A DNA stretch of 64,000 bases. It comes from Lingula anatina. Lineage: Eukaryota > Animalia > Brachiopoda. The stretch is from positions 44,990,788 through 45,054,787 of the forward strand of contig CM120640.1 in NCBI GenBank assembly GCA_051362555.1, written 5' to 3'. Position numbers and translations under genes: made by a program. Every line of letters starts with the position of its first letter. Within the stretch, counting starts at the first letter, position 1. The notes under the pieces were generated by a model. It was not told where the DNA came from. It saw nothing but the letters and a program-made list of their open reading frames with translations, and made no database searches. This document shows, one piece after another, positions 1 through 27,100 of the stretch.

Positions 1-651
1 TCACGTTGGGACAGATTCCCTCAGGCACTCCCTTGATTCTTGCATGTCATCTTAGAACAACATAGCACTGCATAACATTGCCGAAGTCTGTACTGTCCTG
101 GAAACTATGCTGGTTTAAATAACATGACAAAAATATAGCCAGTAGCCAGTAAATATGAGTTACCTGTACTTATGCAGCATTGGATGCAGTAAGACTGCTT
201 AGGGGATAAAAATGGATTTCTCTCTGCCTTCCTCTAACAGCTCATTTTACTGGCCTTTTAAGCCTTACAATTTGAGAAAATATATTTTTTGAAATTTCTA
301 ATTATATCAGTTAATTTCAGTTTATACCTGTATAAACTACAATGTGTATTGCTAACTATGAAAAATTTTGACCTAAATGAAATTTCACTGTAGATTTAAG
401 TACACTTTTTTTTTTGGCTTGTTGCTGTACCTACTGTAGTTTACAAAAAGGAGGTCTTCATTTTTAGTTCTTTGTACAGTATATATGGGAACCAAGTAAA
501 TTGGTTTCCTCAGGTAATCATACTATTTAGTCATACAGGGGGTATATGTAGCACTTGCAACACTGCATCAGCCCTAGGCCTTCAAAGTTAAAAATAAGGA
601 GATATATTCATGGCTTGATATGTTGTTATAGGAAATTCTTTTATTTTCCAG

Positions 652-13147
<12,496 letters not shown>

Positions 13148-14152
13148 AGATCAATTTATAATCAGATTCAAGGGACCAATGGATTCAAGTGGACCAACAT
13201 TACTGTTAGAGATTTTGATCATAATGTAGACTTTATTTTAGATTGCCAATAATGCACATTCCTATTCGAAAACATTCTTTCTAATATCATAGGGATATAT
13301 ACCCCCGAGTGGGCCTTAGGTAATGTTATGTTTTAAGGCCATTATGTATGTATTGAGCAATTATGTGCCTTTGGCATATTTAAAGGGAGTTACAAAGGTT
13401 GCATCATTACCTGAGTCACTTCTTTTGGTGTTCAAAACACATTATGATATTAATTTTGTGTAAAATTGGGCCAAAAAGGGTTAGGTCAGAGGCTAGTAAG
13501 TGTAATTTATGAGGCAGCTTATTTTTAACCTGAAATTGTCAAACTTTTTACTTTCAAAGTGCATTTTAAAATGTTCATTTTATGAGACGAAAACATGACA
13601 CTCAGACCATATGAACCTTGAAGTTGAATCTCATATTTTTCTTGTTTTTAGATTTGAATTGTATTTTATCTCACCTTGTTATTGCACAAGGCATTGCATT
13701 TTATTGAGTGCATATCATTATTTCTGTCAAGTTGCACAATTATGCTTTAGAAGAATTAGATCTGGTGAATGTGGCATTATAAACTGCTTTGCAGGGTTAT
13801 AGTTGTTATGTTTAAATGATTTTTGGATTTTGAACTTTTTGGTAGAATTTTATTAAAGTACGATATTGCAGTAATACGCACACATCTGAACTAGCACAAA
13901 AGAAACATATTGTTAGTTTACTATAACATTTATCATAGAACGGTTGTGCGACTGTCTTCCAAGTCTCTAAACTCCAACTGTTTTCAAATTGATGCAGACT
14001 GACAATTCACAATGGCAGCTTTTTGAAATTGATAATAAAACGGTGTTATTTGAATGTTGAATTGTTTTACCTTACATTTTGTTCTCCATTATACAACTAC
14101 CTTGTTTCACAAAAGTCATAATGATGAATATTTCAAGAATAAAGTGCATAAT

Positions 14153-14788
14153 CAGGCCTAACCAACTACCAGATTCGGCACCTAAGGATCCTGAATTAAC
14201 CCGTATATCGTACCACACTACCCGTTTTCAAGGTGTGTGTCAGATCGCAATCCGGAGTATCATATCCCAGAACATATTTTGTAGGACGACCGCAGGCTCA
14301 TCCACGCTCGGCTGTCACCTTGATTGGATAGTAAACGATTTTCGTAAAATAGCTATATGATTTTAAAACCGGGTGCATAAATTTGAAAACCACCTAGAGC
14401 AACCTTAGACTGTAGGCCTACTCTTACTTTAGAGTTCTCTATTTTATTGTCTCTAAGGGGGCATATGGGGACGTAACGACATTCGGTTTGAATGCTTTAA
14501 CCAGTTTTGATAGGGCTTTTTTGCATTGTATGAGATTAATGTGGCAGTCTAAGGTTGTTCTAGGTGGTTTTTAATTTTATGCACCTGGTTTTAAAATCAT
14601 ATGGCGATTTTACAACAATCGTTTACTATCCAATCAAGGTGACAGCCGAGCGTGGGCTCATCCTGTCGGTGTTCTGACTGATACTCCGAAATGCGATCTG
14701 ACACACACCTTGAAACCGGGTAGTGTGGTCCGATATACCGGTTAATTCAGGATCCTTATGTGCCGAGTCTGTTAGTTGGGTAGGCCTG
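14153..14788. mobile_element. Foldback MITE with ~265 bp inverted arms and a 5 bp TSD
   Basis: Ends are CAGGCCTAACCAACT...AGTTGGGTAGGCCTG. Arms ~14153-14415 and ~14545-14788 are reverse complements with scattered mismatches. ATAAT flanks both sides (14148-14152, 14789-14793). Confidence 0.9.
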
Positions 14789-14989
14789 ATAATTAAACTT
14801 TCTTTTTCCCCAACTGTTTCAAAGATGTGCAAAGATTGTACAAAGGTTAAATTTTTTCCATTATAATTCCATTGTAAACAACCAATTATGATGAACCATG
14901 TTTCTGTTCACATGATGTACAAATACGTAAATTAGATATCTATACATGTATCATCAAAATAAGTCTGAAGTTTTTTTTTTTTTTTATAA

Positions 14990-17234
14990 CTATGTTCCAA
15001 CTGTCCATGGTCTTTCTTTTGCTCTTTGTTGTCCTAAACTTTGTAATGCCTTCTTAGGTGGAACCAAGTGGTCATTTATACCAGCACGTTTTTTACGTTT
15101 CATGTTGGCCATGTAACCATCTTCATCTTGTTGATCCTGTTCAAAGTTTAATAACTCAAAATTACCAGTCTGATTATATCTGCCGGCATTAAACTGATTT
15201 TGATGACCAGCTGCTGGTTGGGAAATGTTGTGAACATTATCTCTCTCATGATAAAACCTGCATTTATCACCAAAATGACATTTTCCTTTCAGAAATTTGT
15301 AACAAACATTTCTGTTTGGGGTGCTACTTTGAGCTTGCTCCTCAGTCTCTGTCATTTTAACATGCTTCTCAAGGACTGACAGTTTAGCTTGTCTAGCTTT
15401 TTCAAATGGGTTGGCAAAAACGGAATTCTCTAAACCCTTCCCTCCTTGCTCTTTTTCCACATTTAATGACGGTGCTGGCAGTTTCATGGCATTACCAAAT
15501 GGATTTGGGAGGGATTTGTCTCGAGGTTGCTCCTTTAAATCACCAAGCACTCTTTGTTTGTTATTAACATCTTCACCAGAAGAACTGTCATCTGACTGAT
15601 CATGAAGTCCCAGAAGATTTCCACCATAAGAACTCTTTTCAGTTATTTGACTTGGCTTTGGTCCAGACCTGTTGAAAAAAAAAAAAAAAACAATTATTAC
15701 TACACGACAAGAAATTTTGTTTAAAAAATATTCTAATGTAAAGGAACCATACCATTCTTAACTAGATTATTAAAAAAATATGGGAACTAACTCATGAGTC
15801 AGCACAGACAATTATTACGCCTTTGTCAGTGTACTTAAAAATGTCAGATAACACTTTAGACACCTCAACAAAGGTCCTTGTGTGCAAACCTGGAGATTCA
15901 CGTTTCAGTAATCTTCCCTTTCAACAAAAGATAACAAATGAGAGGCCCTTTTGTAGGTATATCAGAAAAATTTTCAAACTTATCAGAAAATTATAATACT
16001 TATATCATGTGAAAGGTAATGCAAAAACCGGATGAAATCACTTGGAATTTTTTAAATATTCCTACAAGCAACAAAGATATTGAAGTTTTTTAACTGCAAA
16101 AATTCACCAAAAGTGTCCACACTCTTCAGCTTAAAACCTGTCACTACTGACCAGCGGTGATCACTCAGTTGTAGCTGCAGCTCAAATTGCTTGTAACCAA
16201 TTAGGGCAATTATGGCTGTATGTTAATCTAATGACCCGGAAACAAACCCAAATTGGCGACCGCACAAGCACATGGCTGGGATGGCTTCCATGCAGATCAT
16301 GTACTATAAATATTGCGCATCAAATAAACTATACTTCGCATGGTTTAATTTTCATGATTTTTCTACATAATATTGCAAATCTCAGAAACTTTATTCATTT
16401 TTAATTTCAAAAAATTGCAACCAGTACTTAACTGACATTTTTGAGCACTTTGTCGAGGCAAAACTTCAAACGCCCTGGGCAAATCACGTGATCGGATTTT
16501 ACTCTTTGATTTACAGCTTATTTAGTTAATGGCTTGTATAAGTTTTTTTATGCAGCGCTACAAGAGAGATTTAAAAAAAGGGGTGACATAGGCGAGCTGT
16601 CAGCAGGCCGATATCAGTTTTACACTTCACTGCCCCTGGATAGTTACCACTGTAGCGCCCCTAGCGGATTGTGATATACCTACCTATTGTATATTTTATC
16701 TGAAGCAATTCAAAATTCATTATCCCTAGCCTCTCCTCCTCAATTTTTGCACAATTGTGTTGGATGCAAAGGAGTTGGACTGAAGTAAGCTAGCCCAAGC
16801 ACCAATTTATATAAATCATGTAGTTGTGCCACAAATGCTGCTCATGTCGATATGTGTGAATGACGTGTGCTGGCCTTTTTCTTTTCTTTCATTTTTTTTA
16901 GTGTGGGGCCTTACTCTGTCGAAGTATGAAGTAGAGCAAGACCTTGCAGTTGCAGTAGTAGACTTATATACATATTACACTGTCTTACTCTCACTCAGCC
17001 AGTGTCTAAGTTTGCCCTAGGCTAAGGCTTCATACTGTAAGTGCAGTATAGTGCTGTGCGGTCAGGCAGATTTATGATCTTATAAGCATTTTCGTATCGA
17101 ATAATTTGCAGAATGGGATTCTGAAAGTTCAGGTATTGAAATAGGACGACTTACTCGGAAAGTGCATGATTCTTTGGGTCGTATTCCTCGTCTGAATCTG
17201 AGGCCGAGCCATAGTCAGCTACCAAGGAAGTCAT
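14990..17234 (-). CDS. Uncharacterised CCCH zinc-finger protein (~252 aa, 2 exons)
   Basis: Exon 1, 17234-17155 (MTSLVADYGSASDSDEEY..., donor GTAAG), joins exon 2, 15668-14990 (T-rich acceptor ...CAACAG), in frame, 759 nt total. It contains the C-x7-C-x5-C-x3-H finger CYKFLKGKCHFGDKCRFYH, LPNPF/ANPF motifs and the basic NLS-like KRKKR. Confidence 0.85.
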
Positions 17235-18138
17235 GTTATGCGTTTACGGGTTGAATGCATACTCTTTTCACTGATTGGTCAAAGAAAATCATGACTTACC
17301 CTTAGTTATTATTATTATTATTATTTACGCTAATAAAACTTCCCACCTATACCAAATATTTTCATTTGATCGACATGTGGTAACATCAAATAGATCTGAA
17401 ATATATGAAGCCGAAGCTTATGTTATTTTGTTTCAAAAGAATAGGAACAGAGCTTTCATTGATTTAGAAAATTTGGGAAACTTTGTGCGTCTATCACGTT
17501 TACGCCCTACTTACAAATTTGATCGTTGGAACAAGTCACCACAAGTATTAACTGTTCTTTGCTGTCTGTCTGGATTTTTTTAAAAATACAAAATCAACAT
17601 AAATTGTTCTGTACAGAGTGAAGTGAACCATCTTCCGTGTATTCCCTACATTGTATACGGTCCGTTCAATATTTTTAAATATAAAATATTTGACAAAGAT
17701 GAAAGAATTCGATTATTTGAAGAAGTGTAAGGTCAGTCGTTTCAACATTTCCTCGTTATTTTTTCATTTAATTTTTGACTGAAACAACAAAGATCTAGTC
17801 ACGGTTAAAACTGAGAATAAAATGATAGTGCGGTACGTCATGCATAAATCCGGTCATCCAATGATCAGCTGACGGAAGTAAGAGGTCGCACCTGCAGACG
17901 GTACCCGTAAGGGGTTTCAAAATATTTTTTCTTTCTAAAAGTAAAAACTTTGACTACAGTACTGTGTAATTAATTATTTTGTTTTAAGAATGATTGAATA
18001 AAACTTTTCACTCATAAAGTTTGCTATTCCATAGAGGATATATAATTTATAATACTATTCGAAAACGAGCTTGGTCTGATCTCCTTGGAATTCCAGGGGC
18101 ATGAAATCACTTACAAGTTTGACAGCGAATCGAACAGA
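17235..18138. promoter_or_regulatory. Putative bidirectional promoter between the CCCH gene and the GTPase gene
   Basis: The start codons are head-to-head and ~900 bp apart. CpGs are retained at 17830-17910, with ETS-like CGGAAGT (17873-17879) and CRE-like TACGTCA (17834-17840). Confidence 0.5.
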
Positions 18139-21100
18139 ATGTCAGGGAAAGTGAGACAGAGGGCGTCTGCTAACACAGCAGATTCAGCCACTGTCTCTGT
18201 AAATGAAAGAATTCTGAAAGAATGTCACACTCTGTATACCGATCCAGACACTGGTGAGTTAACATTTTACATAAACTCTCGCTTATAATGATAGTTTTTC
18301 CATTTATTTCAGCGACCGGCTTCTGGACAAACTATATCCTAAGTTATGCAATTTTTTCGTCTGGCCCAGACAGGCAGGGTGTTCCCCGCAAATACAAAGA
18401 CTCTTTGCACTTTTATGCAATTCTGAAAAGGCAACAATTAGTCTTTTTATTAAGATTTTCATCATTTGCATTTACAAGTTAGTTTCAAAAAAAAAGTTGT
18501 CGAAGTTGCTAGCCGTGAGGTCACCCCATCCTGTGTCAATTTGCTGGATCATGCATCACGTTCGTGATCAAAATTAACAGACGTCATCATAAGTAATTTT
18601 GATTAGTGGTCGATTTCCGTCTTTGATGAGATGATAGCAGTAGGCTCTTTTAGGAATGTGAGATTAGTAATATTTTTTTCGGATTGGTAGCGAATTGACC
18701 ATCGTTTTGTGATGCAATCTAACCTGGCATTTCATTTCCCTCGCTGCAAAATGTAATGTTTGTTTAATGACCTGGTACATTTAGCTGTGGGACCCTGTGA
18801 GGTGTGATTGTGAAAATTGATGATAAGAGAGAAAATTAATAATCTAAGCATAGTTGGTCATCTCTTTTGTGAGGTGACCAAGCAATAACAGTATTGAATG
18901 TCATTGATTACCAGTCGAAGGAGTTTAAGAGCTTTAAAAAACTGGGACAGGTGATTGACATTTAAAAAATTGAGGTATAGAAATTGTAGCTTCTGTGTAC
19001 TTGCTTTAACACTTTTATTGCATTTTCTCTAATTTATGAATTGAAGAAGGTGTGGCTCTTTTGATTCTCTTTATCATGAAACAGTGGTACCATAAATGAT
19101 ACATGAAGGTGCATTGTGGGTGTGGCTTCTTATAAATTATGATGCTGATTACAATTTTAGGGCATTTCATGAGTTACTTTAGAAATAAAAATGAAATAAA
19201 AATGAAAAATATGAATTGGATAACAATCTATTGCTACATTGAGTACAAACATAATAGATGGGGAATAACCAAGAGAACTTGTTCCTGGAAGGAATTGTAG
19301 ATAAGTGATTATTTTATCAGGTAATGCAAGTTTTGATTAATTTAAAGATAAAATTATGACATGCTTGTACAATTATCCCAATCAGCACACTGACGGTTCC
19401 AATCAGGAACACCTTTGATTTGACTTCTTCAGCATGTGCATTTCCTTGGCTCAGTCTATACATTTCAGGTCTTAGTCATTACTAACATTAGCATTTCTCT
19501 CAGACATTCAATATGACCTACACCCTGCTTTGCCAGGAAACCAAGTTGACAAAATAAACATTCCATTATTGGATGAAAAGGAAGGAAGAATAAAACAAAG
19601 AGATACTGTACATGTCCTTATTTATGAAATGTTTAACTGTTTACCTAATTATTTGGAAGAATCCCTTGAATTTCCGTGATAAATCATTATATTATTGAAA
19701 CTTTGATCAATCCTCTAGCTGTCGCCTTTTCTGCTTTCATTTTGCCTCATACCTCATTTACTTCTTTAACAAGAAGAAATACATAATTTGGTAGATGTTA
19801 TCTTTGGCTACATTATCATACATCACCACATCCTTTTTTCTATCTTTATCCAACAGAAGGCCAGACAGACACCTGCAGTGAGTCAGTTCATTCATAAACC
19901 AAGGGAGAGAATGATTGGACTGTCATGGCCAAATATAAAACAGTAGCATAACGCTATAAGATAAAATATGTGTAAAAACCACCTAGGGTAAAAGTTCAGA
20001 CAGTGCAGGTGTGGCTGTGTAGAGCTGTGAACTTTCAACAAAGCCAGACATTATAATTACCCCACAGTTTACTCTAAAGCACAGCCAGTGAGTCTTGTGC
20101 TGGTGTTAGTAGCTGTGCAGACATGGCCTATTCCCACTCTCCACACCAGTCATTCTCTAACCTCAGCAAAATCAATAATTGTGTCTGTCTGGAAATGGCA
20201 AGGAATGGAAGTGATGCAGAACTGGCTGCTGCCAAGTAGTTCATTTTCTCAGAAAAAAATGCCTTGGTTGTTATCAAGGGTGCAGTAAACATACATGGGT
20301 ATGATGGCTTGTAAATTATTTTGTTGTAAATTGGCATCTGGTGATATATGAATATTTATTTGATATTGTTATCTGCAAGTGTTGAATACTGTATTTCATA
20401 GAATAATTTTCTTTTATCTGTGAATATTTCACACAACTGAAATATATTTATAAATATTGGAATATGTAGAACTTATATTTGATGCTAGTGATGAATTTTC
20501 TTCAGGTTTGGTGAATATTGCAAAAAATTTAGGACTGACTCTGTTGGCACCCAGGAAAAAAATCACCGTCCTTTTAATTGGGAACCACTCTGCAGGAAAG
20601 AGCTCATTTATTAATTGGTAAGTAATTGACACTCTTGATGGGCTTGCTATATTATTTGTAAGTGGATGGAAATTGATAACTTGCCTGCAGTAATTAATTT
20701 CATTAAAGTGGCTCATGTTCTACTTTTTATTTTGGTAATAAAACAAAACCAGCTATTAGAAGAGTTTGCATTCCTGAGAAATATGTCAAACTATTGTTTA
20801 TTTTGCGAGTTACAATATTATTGATCATCTCAATAAGATGTTCAAAAGCAAAAACAAATTTGCCAAATAGATTTGTCTGATATGTATTTAGATGCATAAT
20901 TCACATTTTTTACCATCTAAGTATTTCTGCTGCACATGTCTAGACAGTGATCCTCTGGAGAATTTATGAAAGAATGAATGAATGATGATGATTCCGGTAT
21001 TAAATATTTTCATACAACATATTAACATGTTGTGTGAGGAAATGAGTTGAAAATGTTGTACCCTCTTCAGGTGTTCCTCTTCATTTTAATAGAAAATACC

Positions 21101-24100
21101 TGCTCAAACCAGCTGATTTGTGACCTCCTTTTCACCTTTTGTTCCCATGTTTGACTCACTGCATAAGGACCTGTATGCATAATACTATTGACTAACTACT
21201 TATTATGCATATATTCAGCTAGCAGTTATATTCATATGTAATGATCAGTTAGCTAGGTTAATTAACCTCCTGTGCAATATGGTAGGGTGCCTAAAAAGAA
21301 GGCAGCTTTTTTGAAGAGGTTCTATTAATCATTTTGTTTAAGTAACATCAGAATATTTTTCCAGGACTGCATTCCTTAATTTATATGGCTATACTGGGCA
21401 GAGATGCTGTCTCTATGGTTATCAGCTATTTTTAGCTCTGTCTGGATCCATGTTGTATACTCAGTCAAAACCATGATAAAAGGTACTCAACACAGCAAGA
21501 TTTAGACTATCATTTGGAACATTTCATTAGGAAATACCAAAAAGTCAAAATTAGAAGTGATTTATTATTTTTAATAAATTTTTTTAATGACATTAATTTT
21601 TTTGTTTGTTTACAGCATCAGTTATATAAGAAAGTTATAATATTTCACTATCCCAAGCAGGACAGATGAAGAAGTCAGACTAATTGAAAAATACAAATGA
21701 TTAAGAGAGTCAGGAGATTATTTATATTATATAAAGTTATGGGGATTTGTACAATGATCCGATACTTGCCACACTGACTAGCCTAAAGAATATCATATAA
21801 GCTAAAGAATGATTGAAAGCAGCTAGATGAATTTGCAGTCTATTCACATGGGACTGTCTATGAGACTTTGTGCAATTGTCCTGCTGAACTTTGTAAGACT
21901 GTGTCCTTTTTTTTCTGCACTGAATGACCTATTGAAAGTGGTGAGTATAACAAGATTAGTGAAGGGCGTGTGAGCATTTCTTGTGAAATACTGCGTCATG
22001 TCTGTTTTGTTGGGACATGACTGATGAATTTAGAACTGTCCTTGGATTACATCTTAATGTGGGAAACCCTTGAAAAAATAATGTATTTTGTCTACTGAAA
22101 ATGAATTTTATGTGGTTAAATCTTTTATGAAATATTTGATTTAGTATTGTTGAGTAAAAAACCAGCTTCTTTAAAGATTATTCCTGTTAAAAATAAATTA
22201 TTTAAATCTAAAGTAGCCTGTTAATATGTTTAATAATTTCTAAGACCTGAGGGAAAATAATTGCGAATAAAAATAGCAGGTGTTGGTTGTTCTGGAGTGG
22301 GCACAGAAGAATTTGACCTTCAACCTGGTCAGTAGACAGACATTACATAACTCTTGACAAACACTGTTATGTGTGGACTGTGCTTTCCCTGTGCATGCAA
22401 ATGCATTTCCAAAATGCAGATCCCCTCCAAAATAACCAGTGCAAATTTGCCTGGTTTAAACAATTTTAGAATTTATTTTTTTTTAAGAGGGTCTTTTTTG
22501 TGCATCAAGACTACACGTTGTCATGGTCAAACTGTATACATTGATAACACTGATTATGCAAACAATAAGCAATGTAATAGTAGTTGGTGTAAGAATTGAT
22601 TGAAAAGTGGGTTCAATAGAGCAAAAAGTGAGAAGTTTATAAACATACAGAACTAAATATAGAAGATGGAAAAAATGGAGCACTAGGGCAACTTTGTGGA
22701 ATGTCCAAAGGTCAGACGTAAAGGTAGTAGTGCAAGTCATGGCCTTGTGATGTTAGGAATTCTAGTACATGCATACTCCTATGCTAGAGCCAAAGGTTAT
22801 GTAACTCTCAGAGGTAGCCTCTGATGTGTTTTTGTGCTGGCGTTGGTGGAAACCAATCATCAGTATTAAACAGTCACCATACAATATTGAAGCGAAAATT
22901 AAAATGCCTCACGATGGGGATCATATTTCATGAATGGAGTGTGCTACATTGTATTCATGTTTGACAGAAGAGAGATGTCTGTTGCATATCTCTTCTCCCT
23001 CACTGTTGTGAAATATAGCTTGTCTGTCTGGCTGATTGTTTCTGTGCTGATAGTAGAGTAGCTTCACATGCTGTGCCCAACCCACAGGTGATGCCTGATG
23101 GATGAGGAAGGTGAGGGTAAAAGACAGATCACTCAGACTGGCACTGGGCTACAAATTACGAGAACATTATGTCAAGAAGTTGCATTGCCCCATTGACATT
23201 TCATTGATTTTTTGCTTTTGCTCAAGAATAAAAAAGTGGTTTATAAATAAGGTATTCATCAGTATTTTTCATTTCAACTCTATGTTTATATTGCTGGTGT
23301 GCATTTTTTTCTTTGAGATTGTTGGTTTTTCCAAGTTAACAAAGCTTATTGATATTTTAAAAAGTTTCTTATATTCATAATTTTTTTCAATAATCATTGT
23401 AGAATTTTATTTCAGTTCTCAATTTTTATATATCCCCCCCTCATGCCTTAATGCAATAAATGATTAGCAACAGGACTCATGGACTTCAGCAAGTACTACA
23501 TATTGATTAATTGTTAAGATGTAATGAATTGATTCAATGAGCATGTGATAGTAGTATTCTGTTCTTACCATACATTCAGGGCTGGTGTAGACTGTCCATT
23601 AGTTTAATAGAACAATTACCTGAGCACAGCATTGAAGGATCAAGTGGATCAAATCCCTGTCTGCTCGTGTAAATTCTACTGATTATCATTTTGACACTTT
23701 ATGAAAAGGGTAAAGATCAGTGAAAATAAATGGGTCTGTCTGGGGGAAAAAAACGTAGTATAATAAAATATTCAGTTCACATACAAAATAACAATTTACT
23801 GTTGGTTTTGCAGCATTTAAATTTGTACCCCAACCCAACCACCCCCAAAAAATCCTGTGCTTATATCTTTAAAATTGTACTCCATTTGTTATTTACTGTC
23901 TTTGTCATACTAATTAGTGCAGACATTCACAGAAGCCTTACAATTTTCTATGCATATAGCATGAACATAGTTATAAAACATTGATCCGTGATCTGCAGAC
24001 AGCAGCATAACAGAATGTTCATGGTATGCACAAGGTGTAAAGTGTGGGTTAGCAGTGAAAGCAGAAGTTGTGTTTCCAGTTACTTTGAATGCTTAATTAA

Positions 24101-27100
24101 GAAGGGACTAACTCTGCGGGGCCATGTTATTAATAGTTTTATCCTCAGGAAGCTGAATAAAAACCCCATTTTTGCCCCCAACCTCCACCATGTTATTAGA
24201 TTGGCTTATATGTAATTGTTATTAATTAAAATTGAACTCTCTGCTGAGGTAGCATGTACAAAACTTTTGCTGTTACAATTTGACTGTGAACATAGTCCCA
24301 GGATGAGTTCTGAAAGGAGGGAAGTTTGTCTGTATTTGTGGAGGCCTGTAGTTTTATAAGGTACTTTCTCTCAAGTTTCACCAGTGGCATTCATTTCTCT
24401 ACAGCATTTGATGCCATTTAATTGAGTTGAGTAGCCTTGGTATTCAATATTGTGGTGTCTTTTACCAGGTATGTGGAGGAGCATGTGCAGCGGACAGGGG
24501 TGGCTATTGAGACACAGGGCTTCACCTTTGTCACTAGTGGGAAGAAGAGGGAATCTCTCACGGTAAATATTTATAATCAGTATGACAATTTGAAACTAAC
24601 AAGATGGTTTTGCCATATATTTAGTCCTTCAAAACGTGCTTTCACAAGTTTTATTGAAAACATTTTAGTCTTAATAGATTTTACTTAAATATTTGGTTGA
24701 TGTGTGTTTCAAGTTCAGGTAATCCTATCTGTTGCCACCATTTCATATCAGCAGATATATATATATCTGTATGTTTGTTCATGTATTCATGAAAAGGTTG
24801 CAAGTATTCTTATTTGAATATTGAAGTGCATTTTAGCCATTCAGTTAAGAATATTTATTGGAAGAAAATTGATATTCATAAGTAGATAGTCCACATGTGT
24901 TAATTGTTCTTTACATTTTTTCAGGGCAATGCAACCCTCCATCTCTATCCCCATTTCGAGCCATTGCGAGATATTGAAGGTAGGCATGTTAGGAAATTAG
25001 AATGAGAAAATCTTAGCTATGCCCAGCTGGCTATAAAACGGAGTGATCACCAGTATTTTTTTCAAATGCCCCCATTTATATTAAGTATAAATCTGCAACT
25101 TTCGGAAGATAGTTTTTGTACTTATTATATGTTTGAGGACAGATCAGTGACTAACACTTGCTAGGGATAAGGACAGGTCCAAAGCCTTGCCCAGACGTTG
25201 CCATGTTCAAAGTATTGTCCACAGTTCTGTTGTTTTCTTAGCTGTTAATGTTGCTGATTTGAATATCATGTATTTTCCATATTGGAAATGTTATGCCTCC
25301 TTATAAACTAAAAGGTTAGAAAAATATAAGTTTATTTTCATAAAAAAAGAACTTTGTAATTAGTCCACTGAAAACCTATGTTTAGTTATCACTAGTCTAG
25401 TTAATCCATCTTTAACCTTAATTATGTTTTTGTGTTATTGCATCTCCAAAACCTAAGAAAATATTGGAATAGGAATCGCATAGTCATCCCAGGTTTTCTT
25501 CAAGAGGGATATTGTTGAGTGTTTTGCCCAGGCGGCTCCTCATAAGGCAGTCTTTCTGTGAAGTGTAAAGCTGCCTGGTGAAGAGCTGTCTGGTCAGAAA
25601 CTAGACCAGGAAATGGCCCAACTGCATAGGCACAGTGATAGATGCACATTACATATGCTAAGAAACAGAACTCAACAGCCTTGGAGATATGGAGAAATTA
25701 AAACTAAGAAAAGAAAATTTATAAAGGTGGACATATTCAGTCTTACAGGCATCCATATGCAGATAATGCAAACTTTTTTAATGTATAAGCAAGAGAAATG
25801 GACACTTATTAAGTGGAGATTGGCTCAAAATACTGTAGTGTAAATCCACTCTTTGGATTTTTTATAAGCAAGTATACTTTGAGGATGCTCAACACATAAT
25901 AGAGCAAATTTGACTTTATGAAAAAATACATGAAATTTCCAAGGTTAAACTTACACTTATGCTAAAATTTTGTTAAGCTAGAAAACTAAAATTTTAGCCA
26001 AATGTTTGTTATAATTAGAAGGTGATAGTTAGGCAACATTTTAGTAATTTCACCCACCAAAGAAAAAAGTATACACTTGTATGAAATTAGCATGTATATG
26101 CTGTGCATTTTCAGTGCCACAAGCCTATAAATATATATACATATGCATGATGGTCATATGGTATTGGGGCATTTGAGTGGAAATAAGCATGAATTATGTA
26201 TAAAACTATGGTCTATACCACAGCTCAGTGCTGATATCCTTAGGTGAACAGCTGGGCAAGATAAAAAGGGCTTTAGTACTAAGTGCTGATATCCAAGTAG
26301 TAGAGCTATAAGAGGAAAGTTATATAAAAAGTATTTGTCCTAACAAGGTCATGGTGTCTAGATTGTTTTAATCAATTTGCTTTGATGGTATCATAGGGAC
26401 ATGACCTTAAGGAAGGACATAGATACTGTTTTATAAATGAGGACACTGGATTTTGCTCTGCTAGAATTTGGTAGTTGCCGTAGGTTAATTGAAATGTCAA
26501 AACTCTGTGAGTTTTATTTACTTTATATTTATTGGTTGATTTTATGCCAGTTTATTCTTGATTTGACTCTCTTTTGGTCAATTTCCATCTGATTTGCTGA
26601 AATGATTTTCATATAAGTGTCAGCATTCTGTTTTTTGTTTTGTTTTAGATTATATATATCTTACCTGATAAGAATTTGGTACATGGAAAAAAGTCAAACT
26701 GTTGAATAAGAAAACTTGTAAACTTGTTACATGCGTAGATATTTTATAACAATATATGAGATCATATGGAAGCTTAAATAGGAAATGAAAAGTTCATTTT
26801 TAGATAATTTTGAAACCATTTAGGATACAGTTAGGAATTAGTTTTTGAAAAAGAAATGATTAATATATACATTTATGTTTAAAATTCAATCAATTGATAG
26901 TTAAACTGATGGAATATGACTGTAAGGTGATTTATTTCATTAAAAAGGAATATTCAGAATATTAAAAATGTATTTCATAGTTTAAAAAATACTATGTTTT
27001 ATTTCACAGTTGTCATTTTCTGAGAACCATATACACTTGGAAATCACCTAGTTAACCAGGTTTAAGTAAAAAAAAAAAGACTATATATCAAGATTTTATC

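Noticed and set aside
14079-14832. Two similar ORFs on opposite strands (IIRPNQLPDSAPKDPELT...)
   Set aside because: They are mirror translations of the foldback MITE arms, not genes.
16652-16667. CTCF-like motif CCGCTAGGGGCGCTA (minus strand)
   Set aside because: It is one G short of the consensus spacing and lies in probable transposon-derived intron sequence.
22843-22863. Minus-strand CTGATGA followed by a small hairpin
   Set aside because: No GAAA box after the hairpin, so it is not a hammerhead.
25015-26262. Short inverted matches (GCCCAGCTG, TCAAATGCCCC) as TIRs of a 1.2 kb transposon
   Set aside because: The matches are short and unevenly spaced, and I could not define a TSD.
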